Shown here one piece after another: positions 1 through 9,721 of a stretch of DNA of 61,568 nucleotides; positions within the stretch are counted from its first letter, which is position 1, and each line of letters opens with the position of its first letter. The notes beneath the pieces are model-generated. The model searched no databases, was not told the origin of the DNA, and worked only from the letters and a program-made list of their open reading frames with translations. The position numbers and the translations under genes were made by a program. The stretch is from Gemmatimonadota bacterium (lineage in GTDB: Bacteria; Gemmatimonadota; Gemmatimonadetes; Gemmatimonadales; GWC2-71-9), in the NCBI GenBank assembly GCA_041498155.1, contig JBGQHV010000001.1, forward strand, positions 1 through 61,568. Reading direction: 5' to 3'.

Positions 1-447
1 CGCGACGTCCTCCTCGGCCACAACCGCGATCGGCTGCGGGGAGTTGAGCGCGCTCGTGGCCTCCGCCGAGGCCGAGACCTGGATGGCGGGGAGCTCGATC
101 ACCGAAGGTTTGAGCGTTACATCCAGCGTCGCATCGGCGGCGCCAACGACAACTTTGCGGACGAGTGGCCCGTACCCAATCACCCGAATGGAGAGGGTGT
201 AGCGGCCCGGCGGAATCTGCGTGATGGAGTATTTCCCGCTGTCGTCACTCGTCGCCGTACGCTGGAGCTCTACGATGCGGATGATGGCCTGCGCGATGGG
301 ACGGCCGCCGGGGTCGGTCACCCTCCCGGAGAGAGTCCACACGTCGGACCTCGGCGTGGAGGTGGCACTGACACGGAGCGCAAACGCGCTCAGGCATATC
401 GAGAGCGCGAGCGCCACTCCGACGCCGCGCGGGATTGTGCTGGACAT
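1..447 (-). CDS. TonB-dependent receptor, N-terminal fragment (continues past window start)
   Basis: The minus-strand frame is open from the window edge to ATG 445-447, with AGGAGA 7 nt upstream. It translates to MSSTIPRGVGVALALSICLSAFALRVSA (signal peptide) followed by GRVTDPGGRPIAQAIIRIVELQRTATSDDSGKYSITQIPPGRYTLSIRVIGYG, a carboxypeptidase-regulatory-like beta-sandwich as in the complete receptor at 53805-56882. It is absent from the ORF track because no stop lies in the window. Confidence 0.6.
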   Translation of the reverse strand, partial: MSSTIPRGVGVALALSICLSAFALRVSATSTPRSDVWTLSGRVTDPGGRPIAQAIIRIVELQRTATSDDSGKYSITQIPPGRYTLSIRVIGYGPLVRKVVVGAADATLDVTLKPSVIELPAIQVSASAEATSALNSPQPIAVVAEEDVA

Positions 448-528
448 GATCTCTCCTGGTAGCAGTGGCGCGCGACACCGAACCCCCAACGGAGGGCGGT
501 GCCACGACGATCGATTCGGCTACGGGAT

Positions 529-546
529 CCGCGCGGAAACGCGCGG
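529..546 (-). terminator. Short GC-only hairpin after the small ORF
   Basis: CCGCGCG-GAAA-CGCGCGG forms a 7-bp stem with a 4-nt loop, 6 nt downstream of the stop at 552-554. There is no U-tract. Confidence 0.3.
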
Positions 547-551
547 CGTCT

Positions 552-896
552 TCAGGAGAGGAGCGGGGGTCCGCGGATGTCAGGGAGCCGCTTGTTCAGG
601 TCGGAGAGCGCCAGCCGCCGGCTTGCCGGTATCGCTGCACGATCGGCGAGCAGCGCGACGGGAATCGCTACCGGTCGACTTACCCGCCCCAGCGTGGAGA
701 GGAAGCGGTGCAGGATGCAGTCGGCCGGGTGGACCGGCAGACAACTCCCGCTCGAGCGCGACTCGAGGTGAACCGGCCCGCGCGGGCCGCCGGCATCTAA
801 CCGCGCATCGGCCCACGCCGCGCCACCCGACGCGCCGAGCTGGAGCAGGGCGAGGGCGAGGAGCGCTGAGCGATGGAAGGCTGAAGGTCGGTTCAT
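552..896 (-). CDS. Hypothetical small secreted protein
   Basis: 114-aa ORF with a plausible Sec signal (MNRPSAFHRSALLALALLQLGASGGAAWA). No family was recognised and there is no clear SD. It may be a GC-driven shadow ORF. Confidence 0.3.
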   Translation of the reverse strand: MNRPSAFHRSALLALALLQLGASGGAAWADARLDAGGPRGPVHLESRSSGSCLPVHPADCILHRFLSTLGRVSRPVAIPVALLADRAAIPASRRLALSDLNKRLPDIRGPPLLS

Positions 897-1055
897 CGGT
901 CGCTATGGTACACTGAAACGCGGCGAAAATACAAGCCCGCGCCCCGCCGCATCCACCGTAACCTCGGTCGGGGGCGTGAAATAGGGGTTCGCCTTGACAT
1001 GCCCGTGTGGCGCCTCTAGCATAACCCCTTCCCCGAAAAGGACTTCTGCGACTCG

Positions 1056-3326
1056 ATGTCCAGCCGCCGCCAGGAGGCCCTCGACTACCACTCGCAGGGC
1101 CGCCCTGGGAAGATCCAGGTCTCGCCGACCAAGCCCTTCAAGAACCAGCGCGACCTGTCCCTCGCCTACACCCCGGGGGTGGCGGAGCCCTGTCTCGAAA
1201 TCGCTAAACGACCCGAGGACGTCTACCTCTACACCACGCGGGGCAACCTCGTCGCCGTGGTCTCCAACGGCACCGCGGTGCTCGGCTTGGGCAACATCGG
1301 GGCGCTTGCCTCCAAGCCGGTGATGGAAGGCAAGGGAATTCTCTTCAAGGCCTTCGCCGACATCGACGTGTTCGACCTGGAAGTCGGGTCGACCGACCCG
1401 GATGACCTGATCCGTTTCTGCCAGCTGCTCGAGCCAACGGTCGGGGGGATCAATCTGGAGGACGTCCGGTCCCCGGACTGCTTCTACGTGGAGGAGCGCC
1501 TGCGGGAGACGCTCTCGATCCCCGTGTTCCACGACGACCAGCACGGCACGGCGATCATCACGGGCGCGGCGCTCACCAACGCCCTGGAGCTGGTGGAGAA
1601 GGACGTCGCCCGCATCCAGGTCCTCTTCACCGGCGCCGGGGCGGCGGCCCTCGCCACGGCGGAGCACTACGTGCGCCTCGGCGTCCCGCGCGACCACATC
1701 ACCCTGTGTGATGAGCACGGCCCGCTCCACGAGGGGCGGACGGACCTCAATCCCTATCAACGTCGCTTCGCGCGCCCCCAGAGCGCGCGGACGCTGGCCG
1801 AGCTGTTCCGCGGCACCGACGTCTTCGTCGGGCTGTCCGCCGGCGGCATCGTCACCGGCGACATGATCCGCGAGATGGCCGAACGTCCCATCGTCTTCGC
1901 CCTGGCCAATCCGACGCCCGAGATCATGCCCGACGAGGTCCGCCGCGCGCGTCCCGATGCGATCGTCGCCACCGGCCGCTCGGATTTCCCCAATCAGGTC
2001 AATAACGTCCTCGGCTTCCCGTTCATTTTTCGTGGTGCCCTCGACGTGCGCGCCACGAAAATCAACGCGGAGATGGAAATGGCCGCGTCCCGGGCGCTGG
2101 CCGCGCTGGCCAAGGAAGAAGTACCGGAGTCGGTGATGCGGGCGTATGGCATCGAGCGGCTGCGCTTCGGTCCGGAGTACCTGATCCCCAAGCCGTTCGA
2201 CCCGCGCGTCCTGTTGTGGGTCGCGCCGGCGGTGGCCTGGGCCGCGATCGGCTCCGGTGTGGCCGGCCGCGTGATCGACGTCGAGGAATATCGCACCGAG
2301 TTGGACGCCCGGCTGGGCCGGGCGCGGGGTGTGATGCGCGGGTTGTCGCAGCGGGTGCAGAACGATCCACAGCGCATCGTCTTTCCCGAGGGGGAGGACG
2401 CACGGGTGCTGCGGGCCGCGCGAGTATTGGCCGACGACGGCGCCGCGCGCCCCATCCTGCTCGGGGACGTCGACGTCATGCGGCGCCAGGCGGACGACGC
2501 GGGCGTGACCCTGGAGGACATCGAGCTGGTGGATCCGCGGCACGCGGTGGACACCGAGACCATGGCGCAGGAGCTGTGGCGGCGCCGCGGGCGCCGCGGC
2601 ATCACCCTGCGCGAAGCGCGTGCGCGCACCAAGGATCCGATGTATTACGGACTCCTGATGCTGCGCCAGGGACACGCCGACGCGTTCGTGGCTGGCGCGG
2701 ACATGCACTATGGCGAAGCACTGCGCCCGGCGCTCGAGGTGATCGGCGTCGAGCCCGGTCGCCGGCACACGAGCGGCATTTACATGCTCGTGTTCCAGCA
2801 ACAGACGTTGTTCTTCGCCGACTGCACCGTGAACATCGACCCGGATGCTGAGACGCTGGCCGAGATCGCCTCAGCGACGGCGCGATTCGTGTGGCGCCTC
2901 GGGATCGAGCCACGCGTCGCGCTGCTGTCGTTCTCGAACTTCGGCTCGGTCAAGCACGCCGCGGCCGAGAAGGTGCGGCACGCCGTCCAGCTGCTACACG
3001 AGCGTCAGCCGGAGCTGCAGGTGGACGGGGAAATGCAGGCCGATACGGCGGTGGTGGAGCGGATCCTCACGAAGACGTATCCGTTCGCCCGGCTGCGCAG
3101 CGCCGCGAACGTGCTGATATTTCCCAACCTCGATGCGGCCAACATCGCTTACAAACTGCTCGACCGCCTGGGCGGCGCCGAGGCCATCGGCCCCATCCTG
3201 GTAGGCATGGCGCAGCCGGTACACGTCTTGCAACGGGGCGCTGAAGTGAACGACATCGTGAACCTGGCGGTGCTCGCCGCCCTGGACGCCCTGGAACATC
3301 GCCGCCACGTGCGGCCCACGCACTAG
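1056..3326 (+). CDS. maeB: NADP-dependent malic enzyme (malic enzyme domain fused to a phosphotransacetylase-like domain)
   Basis: 756 aa. Malic-enzyme motifs are present ([42 protein letters not shown] Rossmann), followed by a ~330-aa C-terminal PTA-like domain. This is the MaeB architecture. Confidence 0.93.
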   Translation: MSSRRQEALDYHSQGRPGKIQVSPTKPFKNQRDLSLAYTPGVAEPCLEIAKRPEDVYLYTTRGNLVAVVSNGTAVLGLGNIGALASKPVMEGKGILFKAFADIDVFDLEVGSTDPDDLIRFCQLLEPTVGGINLEDVRSPDCFYVEERLRETLSIPVFHDDQHGTAIITGAALTNALELVEKDVARIQVLFTGAGAAALATAEHYVRLGVPRDHITLCDEHGPLHEGRTDLNPYQRRFARPQSARTLAELFRGTDVFVGLSAGGIVTGDMIREMAERPIVFALANPTPEIMPDEVRRARPDAIVATGRSDFPNQVNNVLGFPFIFRGALDVRATKINAEMEMAASRALAALAKEEVPESVMRAYGIERLRFGPEYLIPKPFDPRVLLWVAPAVAWAAIGSGVAGRVIDVEEYRTELDARLGRARGVMRGLSQRVQNDPQRIVFPEGEDARVLRAARVLADDGAARPILLGDVDVMRRQADDAGVTLEDIELVDPRHAVDTETMAQELWRRRGRRGITLREARARTKDPMYYGLLMLRQGHADAFVAGADMHYGEALRPALEVIGVEPGRRHTSGIYMLVFQQQTLFFADCTVNIDPDAETLAEIASATARFVWRLGIEPRVALLSFSNFGSVKHAAAEKVRHAVQLLHERQPELQVDGEMQADTAVVERILTKTYPFARLRSAANVLIFPNLDAANIAYKLLDRLGGAEAIGPILVGMAQPVHVLQRGAEVNDIVNLAVLAALDALEHRRHVRPTH

Positions 3327-3336
3327 AGGATTCCCC

Positions 3337-4956
3337 ATGACCGGCACGCCCTCCGCCGCGAGCGGCGCCCGAACTTCCGGCGCCTCGCTCCTGGGGTTCA
3401 CCCCGGAGCGGGCCGTGTACTGGAATCTGGGCCCCGCGGCCCTGTACGAACACGCCGTGCGTCGCGGCGAGGGCGTCCTCGCCGAGGCGGGGCCGTTCTG
3501 CGCTGTGACCAGCCCCCACACCGGGCGGAGCCCGGGCGACAAGTTCGTGGTGCGCGAGCCGTCGGCCGTGGACCAAGTGTGGTGGGGGAAGGTGAACCAG
3601 CCGCTCGAGCCCGAGCAGTTCGAGCGGCTGTATGCCGACACCCTGCGGCACCTGAACGGCCAGGAGCTGTTCGCCCGTGACCTGTTCGCCGGCGCCGATC
3701 CGGCCTACCGCGTGCCGGTGCGCTTCATCTCGCCCAACGCATGGCACACGCTGTTCGTCTACAACATGTTCCTCCGGCCCGGCGACGCGGACCTCCTCTC
3801 CTTCAAGCCGGCCTGGCACGTGCTGCACGCGCCCGAGATGCAGGCCGACCCCGCCGTCCACGGGACGAAGACCAGCACGTTCATCGTCGTCCATTTCGCC
3901 CGGCGCACGGTTCTCATTGGCGGCACCCGCTATGCGGGGGAGATGAAGAAGTCCATCTTCACCGTTCTCAACTACCTGCTGCCGGCGCAGGGCGTGCTGC
4001 CGATGCACTGCTCGGCGAACATCGGTGAGGCGGGGGATGTCGCGTTGTTCTTCGGCCTCTCCGGCACCGGCAAGACCACGCTCTCCGCTGATCCCGACCG
4101 CGGGTTGATCGGGGACGACGAGCACGGTTGGAGCGAATCGGGCGTCTTCAACTTCGAGGGCGGCTGTTACGCGAAGGTGATCCGCCTCTCCGCCGAGGGC
4201 GAGCCGGAGATCTACGCGACGACGCGGCGCTTCGGCACGGTGCTCGAGAACGTCGTGGTCGATCCCACCACGCGGCGGCTGGACCTCGACTCCGCCACGA
4301 TCACCGAGAACACGCGCGCGTCCTACCCGATCCACTTCATCCAGAACCACGTCGCCGGCGGGCTCGGGGGACATCCGACGCACATCGTGTTCCTCACCTG
4401 CGATGCGTTCGGCGTCATGCCGCCGGTCGCGCGCCTCACCCCCGCCCAGGCGATGTACCACTTTCTGTCGGGCTACACCGCCAAGGTCGCGGGCACCGAG
4501 CGCGGGGTCACCGAGCCGAAGGAGACGTTCTCCGCCTGCTTCGGCGCCCCGTTCCTGCCCCGGCACCCCAACGTGTACGCCACCATGCTCGGCGAGAAGA
4601 TCGCCCGGCACGGCGTGCAATGCTGGCTCGTGAACACGGGATGGACGGGCGGCGGCTTCGGCGTCGGCCAGCGGATGCGCCTCGCGCACACCCGGGCCAT
4701 CGTGCGCGCCGCGCTGGGCGGCAAGCTCGACCGCACCCCGACGGTGCGCGAGCCGGCCTTCGGGCTCGCCGTCCCCACCGACGTGCCGGGCGTCCCCGCC
4801 GACGTGCTCCTGCCCCGCCGGACCTGGTCCGATCCAGCCGCGTATGACGCGCAGGCGGCCCGGCTCGCGGATCTGTTCCGCAAGAACTTCACGCAGTTCG
4901 AAGAACAGGTGCATGCGGCGGTGCGCGAGGCCGGGCCCCCAGGCCCCAGGGCGTGA
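3337..4956 (+). CDS. pckA: Phosphoenolpyruvate carboxykinase (ATP)
   Basis: 539 aa with [14 protein letters not shown]-loop, IGDDEHGW and NTGWTGG motifs. It starts 10 nt after the maeB stop. Confidence 0.93.
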   Translation: MTGTPSAASGARTSGASLLGFTPERAVYWNLGPAALYEHAVRRGEGVLAEAGPFCAVTSPHTGRSPGDKFVVREPSAVDQVWWGKVNQPLEPEQFERLYADTLRHLNGQELFARDLFAGADPAYRVPVRFISPNAWHTLFVYNMFLRPGDADLLSFKPAWHVLHAPEMQADPAVHGTKTSTFIVVHFARRTVLIGGTRYAGEMKKSIFTVLNYLLPAQGVLPMHCSANIGEAGDVALFFGLSGTGKTTLSADPDRGLIGDDEHGWSESGVFNFEGGCYAKVIRLSAEGEPEIYATTRRFGTVLENVVVDPTTRRLDLDSATITENTRASYPIHFIQNHVAGGLGGHPTHIVFLTCDAFGVMPPVARLTPAQAMYHFLSGYTAKVAGTERGVTEPKETFSACFGAPFLPRHPNVYATMLGEKIARHGVQCWLVNTGWTGGGFGVGQRMRLAHTRAIVRAALGGKLDRTPTVREPAFGLAVPTDVPGVPADVLLPRRTWSDPAAYDAQAARLADLFRKNFTQFEEQVHAAVREAGPPGPRA

Positions 4957-6299
4957 CCCGGCCCGAAGTCGTCCGCGATCCGCTCTGGAACAACATCCGG
5001 CTCGAGCCGGAAGCGCTCGAGCTCCTCGACACACCCGCCGTCCAGCGCTTGCGCTACGTCCGGCAGCTGGGGCACGCATTCCTCGTCTATCCCGGGGCCA
5101 CCCACACGCGCTTCGAGCACGCGCTCGGCGCCTACCACCTCGCGCGCCGCGCGCTCACGCTGCTCGAGGAGGGCGGCCAGGTCGTCGACCCGGCCGATGG
5201 GCTGCGGTTGCGCCTCTCGGCCCTGCTGCACGACGTCGGCCACTACCCGTTCTCCCACGCGCTCGAGGAGGCCGGGCTTCCCAACCACGAGGAGCTGGCC
5301 AAGCGTCACCTCAGTCAACCCGAGGTGGTCGGCGCGCTGGAGCGCTGGGGCATCGCCCTCCCCAAGCTCCTGGCGCTGATCCGTGGCCAGACGCGGGAGC
5401 CGCTGGCGGGCCTCGTCTCGGGCGCGGTCGACGTGGACAAGCTCGACTACCTGTCGCGCGATGCCTGGATGTGCGGGGTGCCCTACGGGGTGATCGACGT
5501 AGACCGGCTGCTGTCGTCATTGACCCTCGCCCCCGGGCCGGGGGGGCGGTTGGCGCTCGCGCTGCACGAGAAGGGTCTTTCGGCGCTCGAATCGCTGCTC
5601 TTCGCCAAGTACCAGATGTATCGCAACGTGTACTGGCACCACGCAGTGCGCAGCGCCACGGCGATGTTCAAGCGGCTAGTGCGGCGGGCCATCCAGGACG
5701 GCCGTATCCAATCCGACGACGTCGCCGTAGCCACCGACGACGGCCTGATCCACGAGCTGGGGCGCGACGACCCGACGGGGTTGGCGCGGCGCCTGCGCGA
5801 GCGCCGTCTCGCCAAGCGGATCCTCGACGTGCCGGCCACCGCGCTGCCCGCCGACACGGTGGATTGGCCCGCCACCGATCCCGACCTCACGGAACGGGTC
5901 GAAGACCGCCTGGCCGAAGAGACCGGGCTGGCCGCGGGCGAGTTGTTCCTCGATTTCCCCGCCAAAGACCGCATGCTGGGAGTGGAATTGCCGCTGGTGC
6001 GGCGCGACGGCACCGTCGGACACCTGGGAGGTGAGGGAGCCGAGATCCACCTCGGGATGCCCCGGGTGGCCGCCGAGCTGGTCCGCTCGGCTCGCCGGTT
6101 GCGGGTCTTCACGCTGCGGGCGGTGCCGCTGCGCGAAACGGATATCGTCGAATTGATCCGGCTGCCGCGCGAGGAGGTGGCGGCGCGGCTCGCGGGGGAC
6201 CAGGCGCTGCTCAGCGCTTCCGACCGACCTCGGTCGCCTGAGTCGTCTCGTCGTCGTCGGGAAACTCCACCGAATCGATCCGGACCAGGATCGCGGTGA
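4953..6299 (+). CDS. HD-domain phosphohydrolase (SAMHD1/dNTPase-like, COG1078 type)
   Basis: The GTG start overlaps the pckA stop (GTGA). Motifs [26 protein letters not shown] and [12 protein letters not shown] are present. The last ~35 aa are R/S/P-rich, and the 3' end overlaps the convergent PP2C gene by 89 nt. Confidence 0.8.
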   Translation: MTRPEVVRDPLWNNIRLEPEALELLDTPAVQRLRYVRQLGHAFLVYPGATHTRFEHALGAYHLARRALTLLEEGGQVVDPADGLRLRLSALLHDVGHYPFSHALEEAGLPNHEELAKRHLSQPEVVGALERWGIALPKLLALIRGQTREPLAGLVSGAVDVDKLDYLSRDAWMCGVPYGVIDVDRLLSSLTLAPGPGGRLALALHEKGLSALESLLFAKYQMYRNVYWHHAVRSATAMFKRLVRRAIQDGRIQSDDVAVATDDGLIHELGRDDPTGLARRLRERRLAKRILDVPATALPADTVDWPATDPDLTERVEDRLAEETGLAAGELFLDFPAKDRMLGVELPLVRRDGTVGHLGGEGAEIHLGMPRVAAELVRSARRLRVFTLRAVPLRETDIVELIRLPREEVAARLAGDQALLSASDRPRSPESSRRRRETPPNRSGPGSR

Positions 6300-6999
6300 T
6301 GTTGTCGAGGCCGCCGTGGCGGTTGGCCTCGTTGATCAGCTGGTCCACCTGCTCCTGTGGCATCTGCTCGTCTTTGCCCAGGATCTCGTGCAATTCCGGA
6401 TCCTCCAGCATTCCCGTGAGCCCGTCCGACGCGAGCAGGAACAGGTCCTTGGGCTTCACCGAGCCGACGTACACGTCGGGGGTGACGTCGCTGTTGGCCC
6501 CGACGCAGCGCGTGATGACGTTGCTGTAGGGATGCGTGCGGGCCTGCTCGGCCGTCAGATACCCGGCGTCCACCTGCTCTTGCACGTAGGAGTGGTCCTT
6601 CGTGACCTGGGTCAGCTTCCCCTCACGCAGCAGATAGGCGCGGCTGTCACCCACCTGCCCGATCAGGAACCGCGTGCCGTACAGCACCAGCGACGTGACC
6701 GTCGTCCCCATCCCCCGCTTGTCGTGCTCGGTCAGGGTCCGCTGGAAGATGGCCCCGTTCGCGGCCCGGATCGCCTGCTGCATCCGGTCCGCGACGTCCT
6801 TGTCGCCAAGCCCGCGCAGGGATCCCAGCTCCCGGGCGATGTGGCGCACCGCCATCTCGCTCGCCACTTCTCCGGCGGCGTGCCCCCCCATGCCATCCGC
6901 GACCACGAAGATCCCCCGGTCGGGAACCATGAGGTAGCTGTCCTCATTCCCCGACCGGATAATGCCGACGTCGGTCCGCCCTGCGCAGGTAATGTGCAC
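6211..6999 (-). CDS. PP2C-family Ser/Thr protein phosphatase
   Basis: 262 aa with PPM motifs RSGNEDS, VADGMGGHAAGEVAS, ASDGLT and [11 protein letters not shown]. Confidence 0.9.
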   Translation of the reverse strand: MHITCAGRTDVGIIRSGNEDSYLMVPDRGIFVVADGMGGHAAGEVASEMAVRHIARELGSLRGLGDKDVADRMQQAIRAANGAIFQRTLTEHDKRGMGTTVTSLVLYGTRFLIGQVGDSRAYLLREGKLTQVTKDHSYVQEQVDAGYLTAEQARTHPYSNVITRCVGANSDVTPDVYVGSVKPKDLFLLASDGLTGMLEDPELHEILGKDEQMPQEQVDQLINEANRHGGLDNITAILVRIDSVEFPDDDETTQATEVGRKR

Positions 7000-7008
7000 G
7001 CTGGGCCG

Positions 7009-8493
7009 CTACACCAGGATCCAGTAGATCAGCGCCGAAGCCGCGAGAACGATCACGGCCGCACTCGACCCGCAGCCCTTGCCCTTCTTCTGCGGTGCCT
7101 GCGCAGCCGGCCGCCTCGGTGGGCCGGACGGTTTCGGCGGCGTCTTGGCGGGGGCGGCGGAAGGGCCGGGCTTGGCCGGTTGGGCCGCCGCCTTCGGGGG
7201 CGTCGCGGCAGCCGCCGCAGCGGCCACCGGGGCCGCCGCCGCAACGGCCGGCGCCGCGGCCGCGGGAGCCGGGGCCGGGACGCGCGGCGCTGGAGGCGGC
7301 GGGGGCGGTGCGGGTGGCGCCGGCGCTGCGGCCGGCGGCTTGAACGACTCGATCACCTTGGTGCCGCCGCCCTTGGCGACTCCCAGCGCGTCATCCGTCG
7401 GCTCGAACACCAGCTGCACGTCCCCGAACCGCACCAACGTCCCCGGAGCGATCGGCGTGTCGGCGCCGATCCGCTCGCCGTCCACGTAGGTGCCGTTGGT
7501 CGACGCGAGGTCCATGAGGACCCACACGCCTTCGCGACGCTGCAGCTTGGCATGGGAGGTCGAGACCGATTCGTCGGGGAGCACGAGATCGTTGTAATCG
7601 GCGCGGCCGATGTTCGCCACCGGGGTCTTCACGATCAGCCGCGTTCCCTTCAGTCCCCCGCTGCGCACCAGGAAGTTCGCGAGCGGCCCCGAAGAAGCGG
7701 CCGCGCCGGCGGGGCTCGGCGTGGGCGACGTGGGGCGCGGGGTGGCGGGCATGCCGAACGACGTGTTCTGGAGACGGGCACCGGCGCCGGGGGCAGGCGG
7801 ACTCGCCGCGGGGACCGCCGCCGGACCCGGCGCCGGGACTGCGTCGGAGTAGAAGCGGAAGCTCTCCTCCCCGATCCGGATCACGTCGGCGCGGGCCAGC
7901 AGTCGCTGCCCCTCCACGCGCTCCTCGTTCACCCACACGCCGTTAGTGCTCGAATCGACCAGCACGTAGCCCTTGGGAGAGGGGACGATTTCCGCGTGGC
8001 GGCGCGACACATCCTTTCCGGGCACGACCACGTCACATCCCGCTTCACGCCCCAATACCAGCGAGGCGGCCATGATCACGTATTCCCGGCCATCGGTGAG
8101 CGACACCAGCCGCCCGCCGGTGGTGCCAACCGAGCGCGCTGCGCCACCGGGCCGGGGAGCCGCATCCGATGGCACCATCATCGCCGGAACGAATTGGGTG
8201 CTGCCGCTGCGACGCTCGTCCACGAACGTGAGCTCGTGCCCCGCGACCTGCAGCTTGTCGCCGTGCAGCAGCGGCGTCGGCTCCGCCCCGAGCCGCACAC
8301 CGTTGATCATCACATCCGCTTCCGGCACGGCTTTCCGAATCACCACCTGTCCGTCGGGTTGTCCCTGCAGCACGGCGTGCTTGGCCAGCAGGCCCGGCCC
8401 GGTGAGCGCGATCGCGCACGACGGGTCGCTCCCCAAGGCCACCTCCCCCAAGGGGATGGTGAACCGCTTGCCGCCAAGTTCGAGCATGGACAT
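7009..8493 (-). CDS. Tail-anchored protein with three FHA domains
   Basis: 494 aa with three FHA-like modules: LGSDPSCAIAL..AKHAVL..INGV; LGREAGCDVVV..VSRRHAEI..STNGVWVN; IGRADYNDLVL..VSTSHAKL..STNGTYVDG. These are followed by a ~90-aa Pro/Ala-rich spacer and a C-terminal TM helix SSAAVIVLAASALIYWILV. The stop is 9 nt before the PP2C start. Confidence 0.85.
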   Translation of the reverse strand: MSMLELGGKRFTIPLGEVALGSDPSCAIALTGPGLLAKHAVLQGQPDGQVVIRKAVPEADVMINGVRLGAEPTPLLHGDKLQVAGHELTFVDERRSGSTQFVPAMMVPSDAAPRPGGAARSVGTTGGRLVSLTDGREYVIMAASLVLGREAGCDVVVPGKDVSRRHAEIVPSPKGYVLVDSSTNGVWVNEERVEGQRLLARADVIRIGEESFRFYSDAVPAPGPAAVPAASPPAPGAGARLQNTSFGMPATPRPTSPTPSPAGAAASSGPLANFLVRSGGLKGTRLIVKTPVANIGRADYNDLVLPDESVSTSHAKLQRREGVWVLMDLASTNGTYVDGERIGADTPIAPGTLVRFGDVQLVFEPTDDALGVAKGGGTKVIESFKPPAAAPAPPAPPPPPPAPRVPAPAPAAAAPAVAAAAPVAAAAAAATPPKAAAQPAKPGPSAAPAKTPPKPSGPPRRPAAQAPQKKGKGCGSSAAVIVLAASALIYWILV

Positions 8494-8569
8494 GAACGGA
8501 TTCTCCAGGGGCGCTGGCCGAAGGTCGGAAAAGTACGCCCGGCGGCGTAACCGGGCAAGCCGACGTGGT

Positions 8570-9643
8570 TTACGAGACTTCCCCTTCCAGTTCGCGTCCC
8601 ACCAATCCCCGCCGCAGCCAACGCCAGAACAACCATGAACCGAAGATCACGGTCGCGTAGCTGTTGATGAACCGCCAGAGCACGGTGTAGCTGGGCAACA
8701 GCGTGCGCGGGACATAGATGGACATCACCGCCACCGACAGCACCTCGGCCAGGCCGGACGCGCCCGGCGTGGGCGCGAAATACAGGAGGAACGAGATGAA
8801 GGTCTGCACCAGCAGGATGTCGAAGAAATGGGCCGGCAACCCGAGCGCCCGCATGGCGACGTAGCCGGCGAGCAGCTTGTTGGCGTGCGACGGGGCCGAC
8901 AACACGATGGCCCACACCAGGGCGAGCAGTCCGCGGGGACTGCCGAACGCCTCCATGCACTCGTGCGCCCGGTCGATGCCTTCGCGCAACCGGTCGATCC
9001 GGGCGGCCACCTTCGCGCTGCGGGCTTCCAGCCGGGTCGCCACCCAATGGACGAAGTCCCGCAGCAGGCGGGGGAAAAACATCGCGAAGGCCATCACGAT
9101 CCCGATCAGCACGAAGATCAGGAAGCTCGTCTTGAAGAGGTCGTACAGCGTGATGCCCAGCACCACGCCGTGCTGGGCCAGCGACCGGCCGGCGCCGAGC
9201 AGGATCGCCAGCGGCCCCGCCACGGCGAAGAAGATCACCGTGGCGACGAACGTCATGAAGGTGGAAGTCACCGCCTCCGGGAGCCGGACGCCCGCCCGTC
9301 GCATCGTCCACATCATCATCGGGCCGGCGCCGGTCTGGAACGGCGTGAGGTAGGCGCCCCAGGCGCTCATCCCGCCGGAGATCACCATGTCGCGCCAGCG
9401 GACACCGGGATGCACGTGCCGCGCGACCACCCACAGCCGGGTCCCGCCCCCAAACCAGTCCATCGACGCCAGCCCCATCCCGATGAGGAGCCACCACCAG
9501 CGCAGCCCCAGGAAGGCGTTGACGAACGCCTGAAAGTTGTTGCCGTAGAGGAGCAACCCCGCGAGGCCGCCGATCGAGATGAGGGCGAAGACCTCGAGAC
9601 CGCGGCGCAGGGGACGGGGGGTGAGGACCGGCATGCAACCCAC
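8570..9643 (-). CDS. Polytopic membrane protein, UPF0104 / LPG-synthase-TM (flippase-like) type
   Basis: 357 aa with about 8 hydrophobic helices, a typical N-terminal RRGL..FALISIGGLAGLLLY segment and a GGGTRLWVV loop. An alternative ATG lies at 9634. Confidence 0.7.
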   Translation of the reverse strand: MGCMPVLTPRPLRRGLEVFALISIGGLAGLLLYGNNFQAFVNAFLGLRWWWLLIGMGLASMDWFGGGTRLWVVARHVHPGVRWRDMVISGGMSAWGAYLTPFQTGAGPMMMWTMRRAGVRLPEAVTSTFMTFVATVIFFAVAGPLAILLGAGRSLAQHGVVLGITLYDLFKTSFLIFVLIGIVMAFAMFFPRLLRDFVHWVATRLEARSAKVAARIDRLREGIDRAHECMEAFGSPRGLLALVWAIVLSAPSHANKLLAGYVAMRALGLPAHFFDILLVQTFISFLLYFAPTPGASGLAEVLSVAVMSIYVPRTLLPSYTVLWRFINSYATVIFGSWLFWRWLRRGLVGRELEGEVS

Positions 9644-9721
9644 AAACCTAGGACGTTCCCGGCACGCCGCCAGCGGGCGCCGCTCCCTGCACCGCCCGGT
9701 CCCCGGTTAACTTCGCAGGTT

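Noticed and set aside
903-2801. 632-aa ORF antisense to maeB. Similar long antisense ORFs include 3067-5079, 6316-8550, 22175-23119, 53775-55397 and 56747-58972.
   Set aside because: Their translations are Arg/Gly/Pro/His-rich and low-complexity, they lack motifs, and they lie exactly opposite genes with strong family signatures. These are typical stop-poor shadow frames of ~70% GC DNA.
7079-7489. Ala/Gly-rich plus-strand ORFs (for example 7079-7489) opposite the FHA gene's Pro/Ala-rich linker.
   Set aside because: They are the mirror image of the GC-rich low-complexity linker on the coding strand and have no independent coding evidence.
8828-9721. N-terminal 298-aa extension of the uvrA ORF in the ORF track.
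   Set aside because: The extension is antisense to the well-supported UPF0104 membrane gene and is junk-like. The UvrA homology starts at [20 protein letters not shown] (ATG 9722).
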